Source: an uncultured Candidatus Rokubacteria bacterium
Lineage (GTDB): Bacteria; Methylomirabilota; Methylomirabilia; Rokubacteriales; CSP1-6
Length of the DNA: 64,000 nt
Direction of reading: 5' to 3'
Assembly (NCBI GenBank): GCA_963754315.1
Contig: CAVWFS010000008.1
Span: 1-64,000, forward strand
Part shown: piece after piece, positions 1 to 10,323 of the stretch
How positions within the stretch are numbered: position 1 is the first letter of the stretch
Layout of the letters: every line of letters starts with the position of its first letter
The notes under the pieces: generated by a model
Seen by the model: only the letters and a program-made list of their open reading frames with translations
The model's database searches: none
Told to the model about the DNA's origin: nothing
Position numbers and translations under genes: made by a program

Positions 1-1316
1 TTCACGGCGGAGAGCCGCTCGTAGTTGGCGCCGTAGTTCTCGGCGGCACGGTGCGCGTCGTCGCCGGACATGAAGTTGATGTAGCCCCCGGCGCTGCCCG
101 AGTGGGGATGAATGGCTGCGTAGTAGTCCCTCACCCACTTGGTGTTGGCCTCGTTGTCGGCCGGGTCAGGCCAGATCCCGACGATCACCGGCGCAAAGCT
201 CTTGTCCCGGTGTCCGAAGGCGGTTTCGTCGGCGCCGACTCGCTGCGCCGCGCCGTTGATCGGGTGGAGATGCATGGACGAGCTCACGTTCGGCGTCCTC
301 TTGCCATGTTCGACGTGAGCAGCGATCGCCGCGTCGGTGAGCTCGGTGGCGAAGTCCGCTTTCCAGTAGTTCTGCATGCCCTTCGGGACGAAATTGTCGA
401 AGGCGCTCTGCAGGGCCGGGAACGGCATCACCTCGACCAGCTCCGCCTTCACCTCGGCGACATCGCGAAGTGGCCGGAGCACCTGCTCGGCCTCCTCATG
501 GGGACCGTTCCAGCACGTGACCAGCACGCAGAACAGATCCCCGACCCGGTCCTCGGGGATGAACGGCAGCGGAGGCGCGATCTGCCAGCCGAACAAGCAT
601 CCCAGCTGCTCGGGCGCCTCGTTGATGAAGGAGCGGTAACACTCCAGGACCGCCGTGGCATCGTCGAAGTCGTAGAACAGCGGGCCGCCCACGACATCAC
701 CGACCTCGTGGAGCCGGAACTCGAAGCTGGTGACGACCCCGAAGTTGCCGCCGCCGCCGCGCAGTGCCCAGAACAGATCCTCGTTCTGATAGTCGCTGGC
801 CGTGACCTGCCGACCATCGGCGAGAACGACATCGGCTGAGAGCAGGTTGTCGATGGAGAGCCCCAGGCTGCGGGTGAGATAGCCGATGCCGCCACCCAGC
901 GTGAGGCCAGCCACCCCGGTCGTGGAGACGATGCCTCCGGGCGCGGCCAGGCCGAACGGGTAGGTCGCGTGGTCGACATCCCCCATGGTCGCGCCGCCCC
1001 CGACCCAGGCGACCTTCTTGGCCGGGTCGACCCGTACCCCCTTCATGGGCGAGAGGTCGATGACCAGCCCGTCGTCCACCGTGCCGAATCCGGGAACGCT
1101 GTGGCCGCCGCCCCGGATGGCCAGGTCGACGCCGCGGTCGCGGGCAGCGGCGATCACGGCCATCACGTCGGCCGAATCCGTGCACTGGACGACGGCTTGG
1201 GGCCTGCGGTCGTGCATGGCGTTGTAGACAGCGCGGGCGTCGTCGTAGTCGGGATCGGAGGCGATGATGACGCGGCCTCGCACCGTCTCGGTCAATGCCT
1301 TGATCGTGTCCCTCAT
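1..1316 (-). CDS. FAD-binding oxidoreductase (FAD_binding_4 + BBE domain), 3' end runs off the window
   Basis: Manual translation from ATG 1316 (AGGAGG RBS upstream): MRDTIKALTETVRGRV...AIRGGGHSVPG...STTGVAGLTLGGGIG...ENYGANYERLSAV. Absent from the ORF track because there is no stop in the window. Confidence 0.9.
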   Translation of the reverse strand, partial: MRDTIKALTETVRGRVIIASDPDYDDARAVYNAMHDRRPQAVVQCTDSADVMAVIAAARDRGVDLAIRGGGHSVPGFGTVDDGLVIDLSPMKGVRVDPAKKVAWVGGGATMGDVDHATYPFGLAAPGGIVSTTGVAGLTLGGGIGYLTRSLGLSIDNLLSADVVLADGRQVTASDYQNEDLFWALRGGGGNFGVVTSFEFRLHEVGDVVGGPLFYDFDDATAVLECYRSFINEAPEQLGCLFGWQIAPPLPFIPEDRVGDLFCVLVTCWNGPHEEAEQVLRPLRDVAEVKAELVEVMPFPALQSAFDNFVPKGMQNYWKADFATELTDAAIAAHVEHGKRTPNVSSSMHLHPINGAAQRVGADETAFGHRDKSFAPVIVGIWPDPADNEANTKWVRDYYAAIHPHSGSAGGYINFMSGDDAHRAAENYGANYERLSAV

Positions 1317-1379
1317 GGCGTGCTCCTCCTTTCGATTGGGCCGAGGATGCACGCGTCGGCGTTCCGGAAGCGTTCCCTC

Positions 1380-4300
1380 TCAGCCGGAGTCGTTCAGAAG
1401 ACCGGTTGCTGCCCGGAACGCCGGGAGATCGTGGCCCGAAGGAATGGTCTCGAGGAGGTCCCCGAGTTGCTCCCGCAGGGCCTGATCGGGGTATCGACCG
1501 GCCAAGGAGAGGAGAGCCCGAAGCGCCAACCAGCTCGCGCCTTGCCCGTCGGCGACCTCGACAGCTCTGCGCAGCGACGCAGCCGCGTCGGATTCTCCGC
1601 GGCGATACGCCAGCTCACCGTCGGCTCGCCACAGCTCGGCCTCGAGATAGCGCTGGTTGCGGCGGTGTGACAACGAGAGCCCCTCGCGTGTCGCGGCGCG
1701 TCCTTCGTGGAGTTCGCCGACCATGCCACGAGCTCGGGCGAGAAGAAGGAGCGTATAGGTCAGGTGGAGGCTCTCCCCGTCGGTGCGCGAGCGCGTCACC
1801 GATTGCACGATCCGCTCGATGCCCCTCGGTGACCCCTCGCAGACGTCCAGCCAGCCCCGGAGGGCCTCTCCGACGATCATGAGGTAGCGCAACGGTAGAC
1901 GCTTCCCCAGGCGCTCAGCCTCCCCGAGCAGCTCGGCGAGACGGACGAGATCCTCGGATTCGGCCGCGATGATCGCCGCGTAGGTGAGGACGTACCACAG
2001 CGTCATGCGATGATCGAGATCGACGGCCAGCTCGAGAGCAGATCGGGCCCTCTCGTCGGCCCGGCCGGCGTCTCCCGACCACAAGTCGACCCAGGCCAGC
2101 CGTACGAGACAGACAGCCTTCGGGTCCTGGGCGTACAACACGAGATGCTCGTGGCGATGGGACGGGTCATAGGCCTCGATGGCGCCTTCGAGGTACTGAC
2201 GGGCGTTCGCCAGATCACCCCGCCAGAAGGCGCTCACGCCGAGGAGATACCGTCCCTCGGTCTTCGCGATCGGATCACGGCTTTCATGGTCGACGAGCGC
2301 CTGGCCGAGCTCGCTGCACTCGTCGAAACGGCAGCCCTGCAGCCGGGCGAGGCCCAGACCGCGGAGAATCGGGGGATCCACGACTCGGTGGAGCTGGCGG
2401 CAGAGAGAAAGGGCCCGCGCATAGAGATTGTGCGCTCCGTGAGAGCCGTAGCCCTCGAGGGCCACCAAGGGTGAGCCGAGGGCGATCCGGATGTCGAGTT
2501 CGAGGGCATCACGATTGGGTGACGGGGGCACCTCCGCGAGCAGCAAGAGTGCTCGCCTGAACATGGTGACCGCTTCGTCGAGGGCCGACACCGTCACCGC
2601 TCGGGCTCCGGCCACGCGGTAGGCATCGATGGCCGGTTCGACCATGCCGGCCTGGTCGTAGTGTGCGGCCAGTTGTGGGCTGGCCGCGTCAAGGTCGTGG
2701 CGGAACTCGACTGCGATCGCCTCGGCGACGGCCCGGTGGAGTTGACGTCGACGCGCGGGACTGAGCAGCTCCAGGGCGACCGCCCGAAGCTTGTCGTGGC
2801 TGAAGTCGTAGGTGAGCCCCTGATCGCGGATGATCCGTCGACGCCAGAGCTCGTCGAGATGGTCGGCAAGCTCTGGCTCGCCGATCCCGGTGGCCGAGAC
2901 CAGCAGACCGACGGAGAAGGGCCGACCGATGACGGCCGCCACCTCCGCAAGCCGCCGAGCGCCGTCAGGGAGTTGGCCCAGTCGGGCGCCCAGCACCGCC
3001 CGCATCGTCGGAGTGAGCGCCGCCTGACTTCCCTCAGGGGAGACCCCGGCGCGAAGCACCTCGATGACGAAGAGGGGGTTGCCCTCGGTCTCCACCCAGA
3101 GTCGTGCTGCCAGTTCCGGATCGATCGTGTCGGCATTGCGGAGCCGAGCAGCGAGCGTCGCAGTCGTGGCTTCGTCGAGCCGGTCGAGTGGCACGGTGGT
3201 CACGGCCTTGTCGTGGCCCAACGCGTCGATGAGTCCGACGAGGGGATGATGCTCTGGGATCTCCTCCGAGCGGACGGTACCCACGATGAGGACGGGTGCC
3301 GTCGGTCCGGAACGGACGACGAAGCCGATCACGTCGATGGTCTCGGCGTCGCACCACTGCAGATCGTCGATGATCAGCAGACGCGGGCGGTCGCCGACGA
3401 TGGCCCGGCTCACTGCATCGAACAACCGATGGCGCTGAGCCAGGTCGCCCCCGCGGCTCGGTGCAGGTGCCGGGGAAGCCTCGAGGAGCTCGGGGAGGAG
3501 ACGAGCGAGCTCGGCCCTCCAGACCGTGCCCAGCGTGTCGATGTGGCTCCGGAGAGCATCCGATCGGAGGAGGTCGATGACCGGGCCCCACGGCAGTCTG
3601 CCCGCCGCCTCGTACGCCCGAGCCGAAGCCACCACGTGTCCCGCGGCTCGAACGCGCCGTCCCAGCTCCTGGGCGAGACGGGACTTTCCGATCCCCGGTT
3701 CGCCGGACACCAACACGACATGTGCCCTCCCCTCCCGCGTCGCGTTCCATGCCTGGTTGAGCTGGTCCAGCTCGGGCTCGCGGCCCACGAACGGCACATC
3801 GGCCACGGGTGCTGTGTCCTCGCCATGCAGTGCCTCGCGGTTGGGTGTGTTGGCCCGGAGCTGTCGATAGATCGCCCCGATGGCCTGGCCCGGTTCCAGC
3901 GCGAGGTCGCGCTCGAGCACCTCCGCGTAGCGGTGGTAGGAGCGCAGCGCCGCGCCTCGGTCGCCGCGCGCGAGATGTGCTTCCATCTGGATTCGAACGG
4001 CCGCTTCGTCGGTCGGCTCCAGGTCGATGATGGATTGGGCATGCCTGATCGTCGCTTCGTGGTCGTCGCGCCTGGCAGCCTCGTCTGTCAACCTCACCAG
4101 GACCCCGTACGCCTCGGCTCGAAGCTTCGCTCGCTCGGCCATGACCCAGTCGTCGTAGCAAGCCGGAAGGAGATCGCCCGAATACAGGCGCGCCGCGAGT
4201 TCGAGATCGCCAGCAGCTATGGCATCGCGGAACCTCAGCACGTCGACCTCGCTCGGCCCCGTCGGAATCCACCGCACGACCTCGTTGTCGATCTGGACGA

Positions 4301-4580
4301 ACTCGCCGATGTCGGGAAGGGAGTGGCGGAAGTCGTGCAGCAGCTTTCTGAGGTTGGTCCGCGCCTGACGTTCGTTGGAGTCGGGCCAGAGCTCGAACGC
4401 GAGTCGGGAGCGGTGCTGCAGATCTCTCCGCAACGCGATCAAAGCCAGGGAGCGCTGCAAGCGAGGAGAGTTGAAGGCGCGAAGACGGCGACCGTCCAAG
4501 ACGACTTCGACGGCACCGAGCAGTCGGACCTCGAGCCGCGCCGGCGACTCGCTGCTGACCCTGCTCCTGTCAATCGGCAT
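1380..4580 (-). CDS. AfsR/SARP-type regulator (DNA-binding + BTAD + AAA ATPase + TPR-like)
   Basis: LEVRLLG, LAFELWPDS...ARTNLRKLLH, BTAD region, Walker A GEPGIGKS, Walker B LLIIDDLQW, FSHDKLR. Start codon uncertain. Confidence 0.9.
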   Translation of the reverse strand: MPIDRSRVSSESPARLEVRLLGAVEVVLDGRRLRAFNSPRLQRSLALIALRRDLQHRSRLAFELWPDSNERQARTNLRKLLHDFRHSLPDIGEFVQIDNEVVRWIPTGPSEVDVLRFRDAIAAGDLELAARLYSGDLLPACYDDWVMAERAKLRAEAYGVLVRLTDEAARRDDHEATIRHAQSIIDLEPTDEAAVRIQMEAHLARGDRGAALRSYHRYAEVLERDLALEPGQAIGAIYRQLRANTPNREALHGEDTAPVADVPFVGREPELDQLNQAWNATREGRAHVVLVSGEPGIGKSRLAQELGRRVRAAGHVVASARAYEAAGRLPWGPVIDLLRSDALRSHIDTLGTVWRAELARLLPELLEASPAPAPSRGGDLAQRHRLFDAVSRAIVGDRPRLLIIDDLQWCDAETIDVIGFVVRSGPTAPVLIVGTVRSEEIPEHHPLVGLIDALGHDKAVTTVPLDRLDEATTATLAARLRNADTIDPELAARLWVETEGNPLFVIEVLRAGVSPEGSQAALTPTMRAVLGARLGQLPDGARRLAEVAAVIGRPFSVGLLVSATGIGEPELADHLDELWRRRIIRDQGLTYDFSHDKLRAVALELLSPARRRQLHRAVAEAIAVEFRHDLDAASPQLAAHYDQAGMVEPAIDAYRVAGARAVTVSALDEAVTMFRRALLLLAEVPPSPNRDALELDIRIALGSPLVALEGYGSHGAHNLYARALSLCRQLHRVVDPPILRGLGLARLQGCRFDECSELGQALVDHESRDPIAKTEGRYLLGVSAFWRGDLANARQYLEGAIEAYDPSHRHEHLVLYAQDPKAVCLVRLAWVDLWSGDAGRADERARSALELAVDLDHRMTLWYVLTYAAIIAAESEDLVRLAELLGEAERLGKRLPLRYLMIVGEALRGWLDVCEGSPRGIERIVQSVTRSRTDGESLHLTYTLLLLARARGMVGELHEGRAATREGLSLSHRRNQRYLEAELWRADGELAYRRGESDAAASLRRAVEVADGQGASWLALRALLSLAGRYPDQALREQLGDLLETIPSGHDLPAFRAATGLLNDSG

Positions 4581-5272
4581 ATGGCCCCTCTGGCAGCGGT
4601 CCAGCCTTCCAGAGTCTGTTATCCCCCTGGCCTGTCTCGACGACAAGCCGATCCGCATGTTGCCGTTGTCGACTCAGGGATGAGCGTAGGCCCTCCAAAT
4701 GCCTTCTCACCCCGGACTCCGCCAACCTTGCCCGCCGGCCCTCGGTGGGGAGCAGGATGGGGCTCGGCAGAGCGATCGGCACGCCTCCGAGCAGGGTCAT
4801 GACCGTCAGCGCGGGGGTCGAGGGCCACGAGAGCGGGAACTTGCAACGTGGGCCGGGGTGCGGGGAGGGCAGATGAGCGCCGGCGGCCCGGGCGGGGTCG
4901 GGGTAAAAGCACTCCACGAAAGCGACGCGCGGGGGCGGTTACGCCGCCGGTCGCGGGCGCGATCGGGATGGCGGTGCGCAGGGTGGGGGGCCGCCCAGTC
5001 CCAGCCGAGTGAGCAGGGGACGGAGGGTTTCTGGCCGCGTTGTGGGCAGTACGCCTGGGGGGCCGAAGGGGGGAGGGTACCGACAAACGCCCTCGCCCAG
5101 GATCGGTCGCGGGCGCTTCGGGCTGGGTCGCCTGTGACCTAGAGACTTGGCTCCACGCTGGCTCCAACACACCGCGATCCATCACGATGCTTCAGAGGTG
5201 GGGGACGCGTGGTGGTCGTGCTCTCATGCACCGATAACTCGGGAAACGTGCTGGTAGATGGACTCCGCGCGG

Positions 5273-5319
5273 GACTGTTAATCAGGATGTCGCAGGTTCG
5301 AGACCTGCCAGGGGAGCCA
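5273..5319 (+). mobile_element. 3' half of tRNA-Asn(GTT), probable att-site duplication
   Basis: GACTGTTAATCAGGATGTCGCAGGTTCGAGACCTGCCAGGGGAGCCA gives anticodon loop, T-arm, 3' acceptor strand and CCA. Upstream sequence cannot form the 5' acceptor strand (TCCCCTG) or the full anticodon stem. Confidence 0.8.
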
Positions 5320-5443
5320 ATATTCACGCCTACTTGACGCGCCTGATTCATCAACGATTCTTGAATACGGGCCGGATCCGGACCGACATATCAACCATTT
5401 GGCCGGTGGACGGGGTTTTGGCGACGGACATCCGTCAGGAACA

Positions 5444-5884
5444 TCAGCGCTTACCGTCGGATCCCAGGAGCCGGCTCCTCACCCATCCGAGGTTATTGCG
5501 CGCGAGCTGGAAATCAGGGCACAGTGAGAGCGCAGCTTCGAGCTGCGGAATGGCCTCATCGATGAAGCCGAGCTTGCCGAGAGTCCAGCCGAGATTGTTG
5601 AGCGCATCGGGCGATTGCGGGTCGAAGCGCAGCGCCGCGCGGTACGCAAGCGCCGAGTCAATGTACCGCTCCCGGTGGCCGAGTTCGAGGCCGACCCGGA
5701 ACGAGGCTGCGTAATCGGAGGCCTCGGGCATCGGGCTCTCGCCTCCCGCGTGGGCGCGAACACGGGAATTGTGAGGGGCGATGGCGAGGTACTCGCGCGC
5801 CTGGGCCGCGGCGGCCTTGGCATCACCGCGCGCCGCCAGGACATCCATGAGCAAGAGGCGGCCCGATTCGAAAGCGGGGCTCAC
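5444..5884 (-). pseudogene. TPR-repeat protein, probably a 5'-truncated C-terminal fragment
   Basis: AYRAALRFDPQSPDALNNLGWTLGKLGFIDEAIPQLEAALSLCPDFQLARNNL is a TPR pair; start context is weak. Confidence 0.6.
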
Positions 5885-6339
5885 CTGTTACGGCGGTGTG
5901 GGCCATCGTGCGAGCCACAGGGTTGCTGCTGTCGCGGGCACGACGGCATCGGGGCTTGCTCGGGATCTTTCAGTTCTGGCTGTTTGCCTGGACGAACGCC
6001 CTCGTGAAGTATGAGCGGCTGTCCGAGGCAGACTTCGACATCGAGTCCGTGCCGCTGGATTTCGACCGCGCGCTGATTCTGCCAGCACAGTATGTTGAGG
6101 CTGCGGCTGAAGAGATCCCTCGGGCCAAGATTCACGCCCAACAGCGTCTTACGGTGCAACAACTGCGGCGGCTGGCCGCGGGGCCGATCATGGTCCAGCA
6201 TCCCGCCAAAGACCGTCGGGGGCAGTAGAGAGCGCAGATCGAGTCCCGAATACACGAAACCGTATGGGGTTGCCACCGACCTGCGGGGGCGGACAGGTGT
6301 TGTTCGGGTTGACGAACCGATCGACCGGCGAAGTGGCGA

Positions 6340-6450
6340 CTATGAAGATGGCGATGCCGAAGGGGTCCACTCCTGTTGGACCTTGCGTCCCGTTGCCGAA
6401 GTCACTGAGGAGGGTGCGCGAGCCCGTCGCGGGGTCCACGGTGAAGAGGG
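6340..6450 (-). pseudogene. fragment of a beta-propeller-like repeat protein
   Basis: LFTVDPATGSRTLLSDFGNGTQGPTGVDPFGIAI resembles a single propeller blade; no full gene. Confidence 0.35.
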
Positions 6451-6625
6451 CCTGTTGAACACCCCGATCGCTCCATGGTGAACGCCAGGATATAGTTGCC
6501 GGATCCGGACTAACAGATCAAGCACTTGGCCGGCGGATGCGGTTTTGGCGATGGACAACCTAATCAATGGGACCCGGACCGGCATCGCGCCACAAACCAG
6601 ATTCTCATCCCCCTAAGGAGAATTT

Positions 6626-7534
6626 ATGAGCGCGAAGAGCAAGGCGACAGCTCGCGGTCCAATTCCGGGCGATGTCGTGGGCCAATACTTCGGATTCTTC
6701 AACGGCGTCCCCAAGCAACGGTACGATCACATCGTGGCGACGGCACCCTTCGACAAGTGTAACCTGCTCATTTTGGCGTTCGTGCATACCGTCAAGCAGG
6801 ACGATGTCTATGTCGCCCAGTTCACTAATTGGCGCGACAAACACAAATACCCCGCGACACTGGGCGACACCGACCAGGACCGGGTGAAGCTGGTGGTAAA
6901 GACGGCGCGCGTCAGAAATCCGTCCATCAAGATTCTGATCTCACTGGGCTGGGGAGAGAGCTCAAACGATGCGGGTCGGGCCGCGGCCACTCCTGTGCAA
7001 TTTGCCGACAGCGTGGCCGCGCTGGTCCAGACCTACGATCTCGACGGATTCGACATTGATTTCGAGTCCACCGACGTCGAAGCCAAGGACATGCTGACGC
7101 TGGCTCAGCGGCTGAAGGCGAGCCTCGCCAAAGTGAGGCCCGGGCGCGAAAAGATCATGACTATCACTCCGGCGCAAACTGACGGACTCGACGGAAATGT
7201 GCTCAAGGTTTTCACCTACACCATGCCACAAACTTACGACCACGGCGGCAACGGCACCACCGCGGCCTGGTACAAACGGCAACTCGGTTCTTTCGAACGC
7301 ATTGTTTACGGCCTGAACGCTGAGGGCTACATCGGGCAGTCGGACGATCCCAGGAAGTTCGCGGCCAAGGCGCAAGCCAATCACGCGGCCGGGATCTTCG
7401 CGTGGAGACTCGATAACGACTCGGTAGATCGAAAGACGACCTACCCGACCTTCGCTACCGGCAGCGAAATGTGGGATCTGATGAAGTCAGGTCGCATAAG
7501 GCCGGCCACGAGCGCGAGGGGCCGGCGATTGTAG
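6626..7534 (+). CDS. glycoside hydrolase family 18 (chitinase/ENGase-like)
   Basis: Complete DxxDxDxE motif (DLDGFDIDFE), KILISLG, C-terminal AGIFAW; AAGGAG RBS. Confidence 0.88.
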   Translation: MSAKSKATARGPIPGDVVGQYFGFFNGVPKQRYDHIVATAPFDKCNLLILAFVHTVKQDDVYVAQFTNWRDKHKYPATLGDTDQDRVKLVVKTARVRNPSIKILISLGWGESSNDAGRAAATPVQFADSVAALVQTYDLDGFDIDFESTDVEAKDMLTLAQRLKASLAKVRPGREKIMTITPAQTDGLDGNVLKVFTYTMPQTYDHGGNGTTAAWYKRQLGSFERIVYGLNAEGYIGQSDDPRKFAAKAQANHAAGIFAWRLDNDSVDRKTTYPTFATGSEMWDLMKSGRIRPATSARGRRL

Positions 7535-7715
7535 GCGTGTTCCTTCGCCAGAATCCCATCCGGCCCGGCCAACTTGGGCTTGACGTCATCCCTTCGCGGG
7601 ACCGAAGGATCGGTGCTGGTTGCCAACTCGGCCTGGCATCGTCCAGGTGAGAAGAATCGTGAGGCGTAGGGATGAGTTTGGGACAGTACGAGGTCAGACC
7701 GCGCTTAGGGTCGCG

Positions 7716-8912
7716 TCAGAACACCACCTGGATGAGGCGCTTGAGAAGCTCGTCCAGCGAGATCATGGTGAGGAGCAGGGGCGCGACCGGCAGGAGCGCG
7801 ATCACCGCGAGTTGGACGATCGCGTTCTTCGTGAAGGGGACCACGCTCATGCCGCGGACGACCTCGTAGCTGTTGGCCAGGTCCGCCAGGGACTGTATGT
7901 CCGCGCTTCCCACCAGCGGCGCGGCCGGAGGGCCGGTCCCCCGAAGCCATTTCTCGTCGAAATCCCGGACGTAGCGCTGGGCCAGGGTGCCGTACTCCCG
8001 GAGACCGATGCGCCGGGCCCTCGCCAGGTGGGGCACGAACAGCAACAGTGGCCCCATCACGCCGAGCAGGAGGAAGATCAGGATCACCGCGATCTCGATC
8101 TTGAAATCGGGCAGCGTCGCGCCCTGAAAGAGGATGCGGTTGGCCATGAAGCCGGCGAGCAGCGTCCCATGGGCGGCCAGCAGAGGTGCGAAGGCGACGG
8201 CGGTGCTCGAGAGGAAGCCGAGGCCCCCCGCGCGATCCGGGTGCGTGGGAACGAGTCTCAGCTCGCATCGTGACGCCTGCCACAGGAACCGCACCCAGAT
8301 GCACAATCGGAAATACCAGCGGAACAGGAAGAATTGGAACAGGGGCACGCTCACGTATACGAACCACCATCCGGCGGCAAAGAGCCGGCTGCCGCCGCCC
8401 TCGACCGGCGTCGAGTACCAGGTCGGGACGCGAAGGATCCCGTACCGGGGGAAGACGAACACCACGCCGACGTAGACGAGCACGAGAAGCGCCACTTCCG
8501 CCGTCACCGAGTTGCGCAGACGCAAGGCCGAGGGAATGATCGCGTCGAACTTCGCTCGGGAGCTCTCGGCGATCAGGTCGCGCTCCAGGAACTGCCGGAC
8601 CACCGGGCGCATCCGCTGATGCACGACCAGCTCGGCCAGGATGAGCAGGGGCAGGGCGAGGAGGAGGCGGGCGTGGACCTCGATGTCCTTCAGGAACGGC
8701 ACGCGCACCTCGGGACCCCAGGCGTGCCCGCTCAGGGACGACAATAGCAAGAGCGGGAGCCAGGCGAACATCGAGATGACGATGATGCGGCGGCGCACGA
8801 GCTCGAGCGCGTCGTCGCTCAGGCGCGTCCGGCGGATCATCTGAAACAGCGGCCCGCCCAGGACCACCGAGAAGTCGTAGGGGTCCTCCCGGGGCCTCAT
8901 GCCGGCGGTCAT
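7716..8912 (-). CDS. conserved polytopic membrane protein of unknown function
   Basis: Many hydrophobic helices; motifs LGGPLF, PTHPDRAGGLGFL, DIQSLADLANSY. Confidence 0.8.
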   Translation of the reverse strand: MTAGMRPREDPYDFSVVLGGPLFQMIRRTRLSDDALELVRRRIIVISMFAWLPLLLLSSLSGHAWGPEVRVPFLKDIEVHARLLLALPLLILAELVVHQRMRPVVRQFLERDLIAESSRAKFDAIIPSALRLRNSVTAEVALLVLVYVGVVFVFPRYGILRVPTWYSTPVEGGGSRLFAAGWWFVYVSVPLFQFFLFRWYFRLCIWVRFLWQASRCELRLVPTHPDRAGGLGFLSSTAVAFAPLLAAHGTLLAGFMANRILFQGATLPDFKIEIAVILIFLLLGVMGPLLLFVPHLARARRIGLREYGTLAQRYVRDFDEKWLRGTGPPAAPLVGSADIQSLADLANSYEVVRGMSVVPFTKNAIVQLAVIALLPVAPLLLTMISLDELLKRLIQVVF

Positions 8913-8954
8913 CGTCACCGCGACGTGACCTCGAACACGTGATAGCCCCACGGC

Positions 8955-9055
8955 GGCCGCTTGTTGGTGCCGACGAGATCGGCGTACAGGAAGGCAGCCT
9001 GGGGGTCCTTGTAGAGGCACTTCATGTACGAGTGGGTCGGCGTGGAGTCGAGGGA
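8955..9055 (-). pseudogene. short remnant of an MGH1/GH63-like glucosidase gene
   Basis: [30 protein letters not shown] is close to the family motif [27 protein letters not shown] as I recall it; flanks are unrelated. Confidence 0.6.
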
Positions 9056-9146
9056 GAGCTGACGGTCGTCGCAGATGTCGCCACGTCGTACCGACCCTGA
9101 CGTTTCGCCTGTTCTTGGGTTTCGTGGTACTCCGCCACGACCGCCG

Positions 9147-9767
9147 CTACGAAAGGCTCGGCCGTGACGCCGAATCCGCACCGTCTGCGATCCTCATCGC
9201 CGCTCGCAGATCCCGTGCTCCCGCACCCCACTTGGTGATCACCGCCGCCGCCTTGGCGAAGGGGATGTCGACGTGGTGCACGCGCTCGCGGGGAAGGATG
9301 TAGATCGCCCCAGCTGCCGGGGTCGGAACCGAGGGCACGAAGACGGTGTAGGCGCCATCGTCGTGCTCTTCCACGATGAACGCCGGGACCAGGGCGTCCT
9401 CGATCTCGACCAGCGCCACGGCAAATGTATCGTCCTCCTGGCGGCCGGCGACGCGCGACGCCAGCCCGCGGATGAGCGCATAGCCAGGGATTCGATCGAG
9501 GAGATTGCGCTCGATCGCGTTCTTGGCACGCAGTCCCGGCCCGGTGCGTACGACCAGCCCCGCCAGGAAGCAGACGAGGATCACGATCAGGATCGCAATC
9601 ACCTGGCGGAATTTGAGGGCGGCGGGAAGCTGGGCGGTGACGGGGGCGATCAGCGCACCCACTGCTCCGAGGGTCTTCAGAAGCAGCAGGATGCTCAGAT
9701 AGATCGGCAGGATGATGAGCACGCCGCCAATCAGGCTCGTCTTCGTGAACTCGGCAAGGCCTCTCAT
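9147..9767 (-). CDS. DUF502 family membrane protein
   Basis: Two N-terminal TM helices, LLDRIPGY, VFVPSVPTPAAG. Confidence 0.85.
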   Translation of the reverse strand: MRGLAEFTKTSLIGGVLIILPIYLSILLLLKTLGAVGALIAPVTAQLPAALKFRQVIAILIVILVCFLAGLVVRTGPGLRAKNAIERNLLDRIPGYALIRGLASRVAGRQEDDTFAVALVEIEDALVPAFIVEEHDDGAYTVFVPSVPTPAAGAIYILPRERVHHVDIPFAKAAAVITKWGAGARDLRAAMRIADGADSASRPSLS

Positions 9768-10011
9768 GCGTCCTCCCCAGTGCACCGGAGCAGCTGACGA
9801 TCGACTTTCCCCGGGATTTCCATCGGCGGCTCGCTCAGTCCGGACGGCCGGAGATGGCTCCGCCCCGCCACCAGAGTGTGCTGTTGCGCCGGCGCGTGCA
9901 AGTAGTCCCGCGTCGTGGCAAGTTCACGTTCCGGCTCGGCAAGGGCCTCTGTCTCAAATGGGTGCAAACGCGCTCTCGCATGGCCTTGGGCGGCTCACCA
10001 GCGCGCAAACC

Positions 10012-10323
10012 TTAGCATAGGTTCGACCGACCCCCGCGGCCCGGGATAGAGAGCGCTCGGTCAGGGTTGGGAGATCGTGAAGGGCGGTGTGTCTTGTTGG
10101 CAAGTGGCTCCCACGGGCGGGAGAGTGCCCTCGATGAGGTAGCGGTGCGCGTGCTCGTTGATGCACGCTCACTATCCTCGCGGCAGGGACTCCATTCCAG
10201 GTGTGGGACGACGAGTTCTTCGAGTGGGCTTGGTGTGAGACCTTCCGCGGCGGGCGCCGCCCCGGCGAGCAGCGCAAGCAGCCCGGTCAGCCCGACGAAG
10301 AGAGGAAGGAAGCGTCGAATCAC
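10012..10323 (-). pseudogene. N-terminal fragment of a secreted protein (possibly TAP-like alpha/beta hydrolase)
   Basis: Signal peptide RRFLPLFVGLTGLLALLAGAAPAA then VPHLEWSPC, after which the sequence degenerates. Confidence 0.3.

Noticed and set aside
2661..4802. Long plus-strand ORF (713 aa), and likewise 44799-46418 and 53773-55884
   Set aside because: Antisense shadows of well-supported minus-strand genes in GC-rich DNA, with no motifs.
4939..5100. Possible IS91-like transposase C-terminal remnant (TRPETLRPLLTRLGL..PP)
   Set aside because: Too short and degenerate to support without a search; no termini recognised.
5244..5319. Intact tRNA-Asn gene
   Set aside because: The 5' acceptor strand, D-arm and most of the 5' anticodon stem do not pair.
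5896..6228. 110-aa plus-strand ORF with a protein-like middle
   Set aside because: No recognisable motif or credible start; possibly a fragment.
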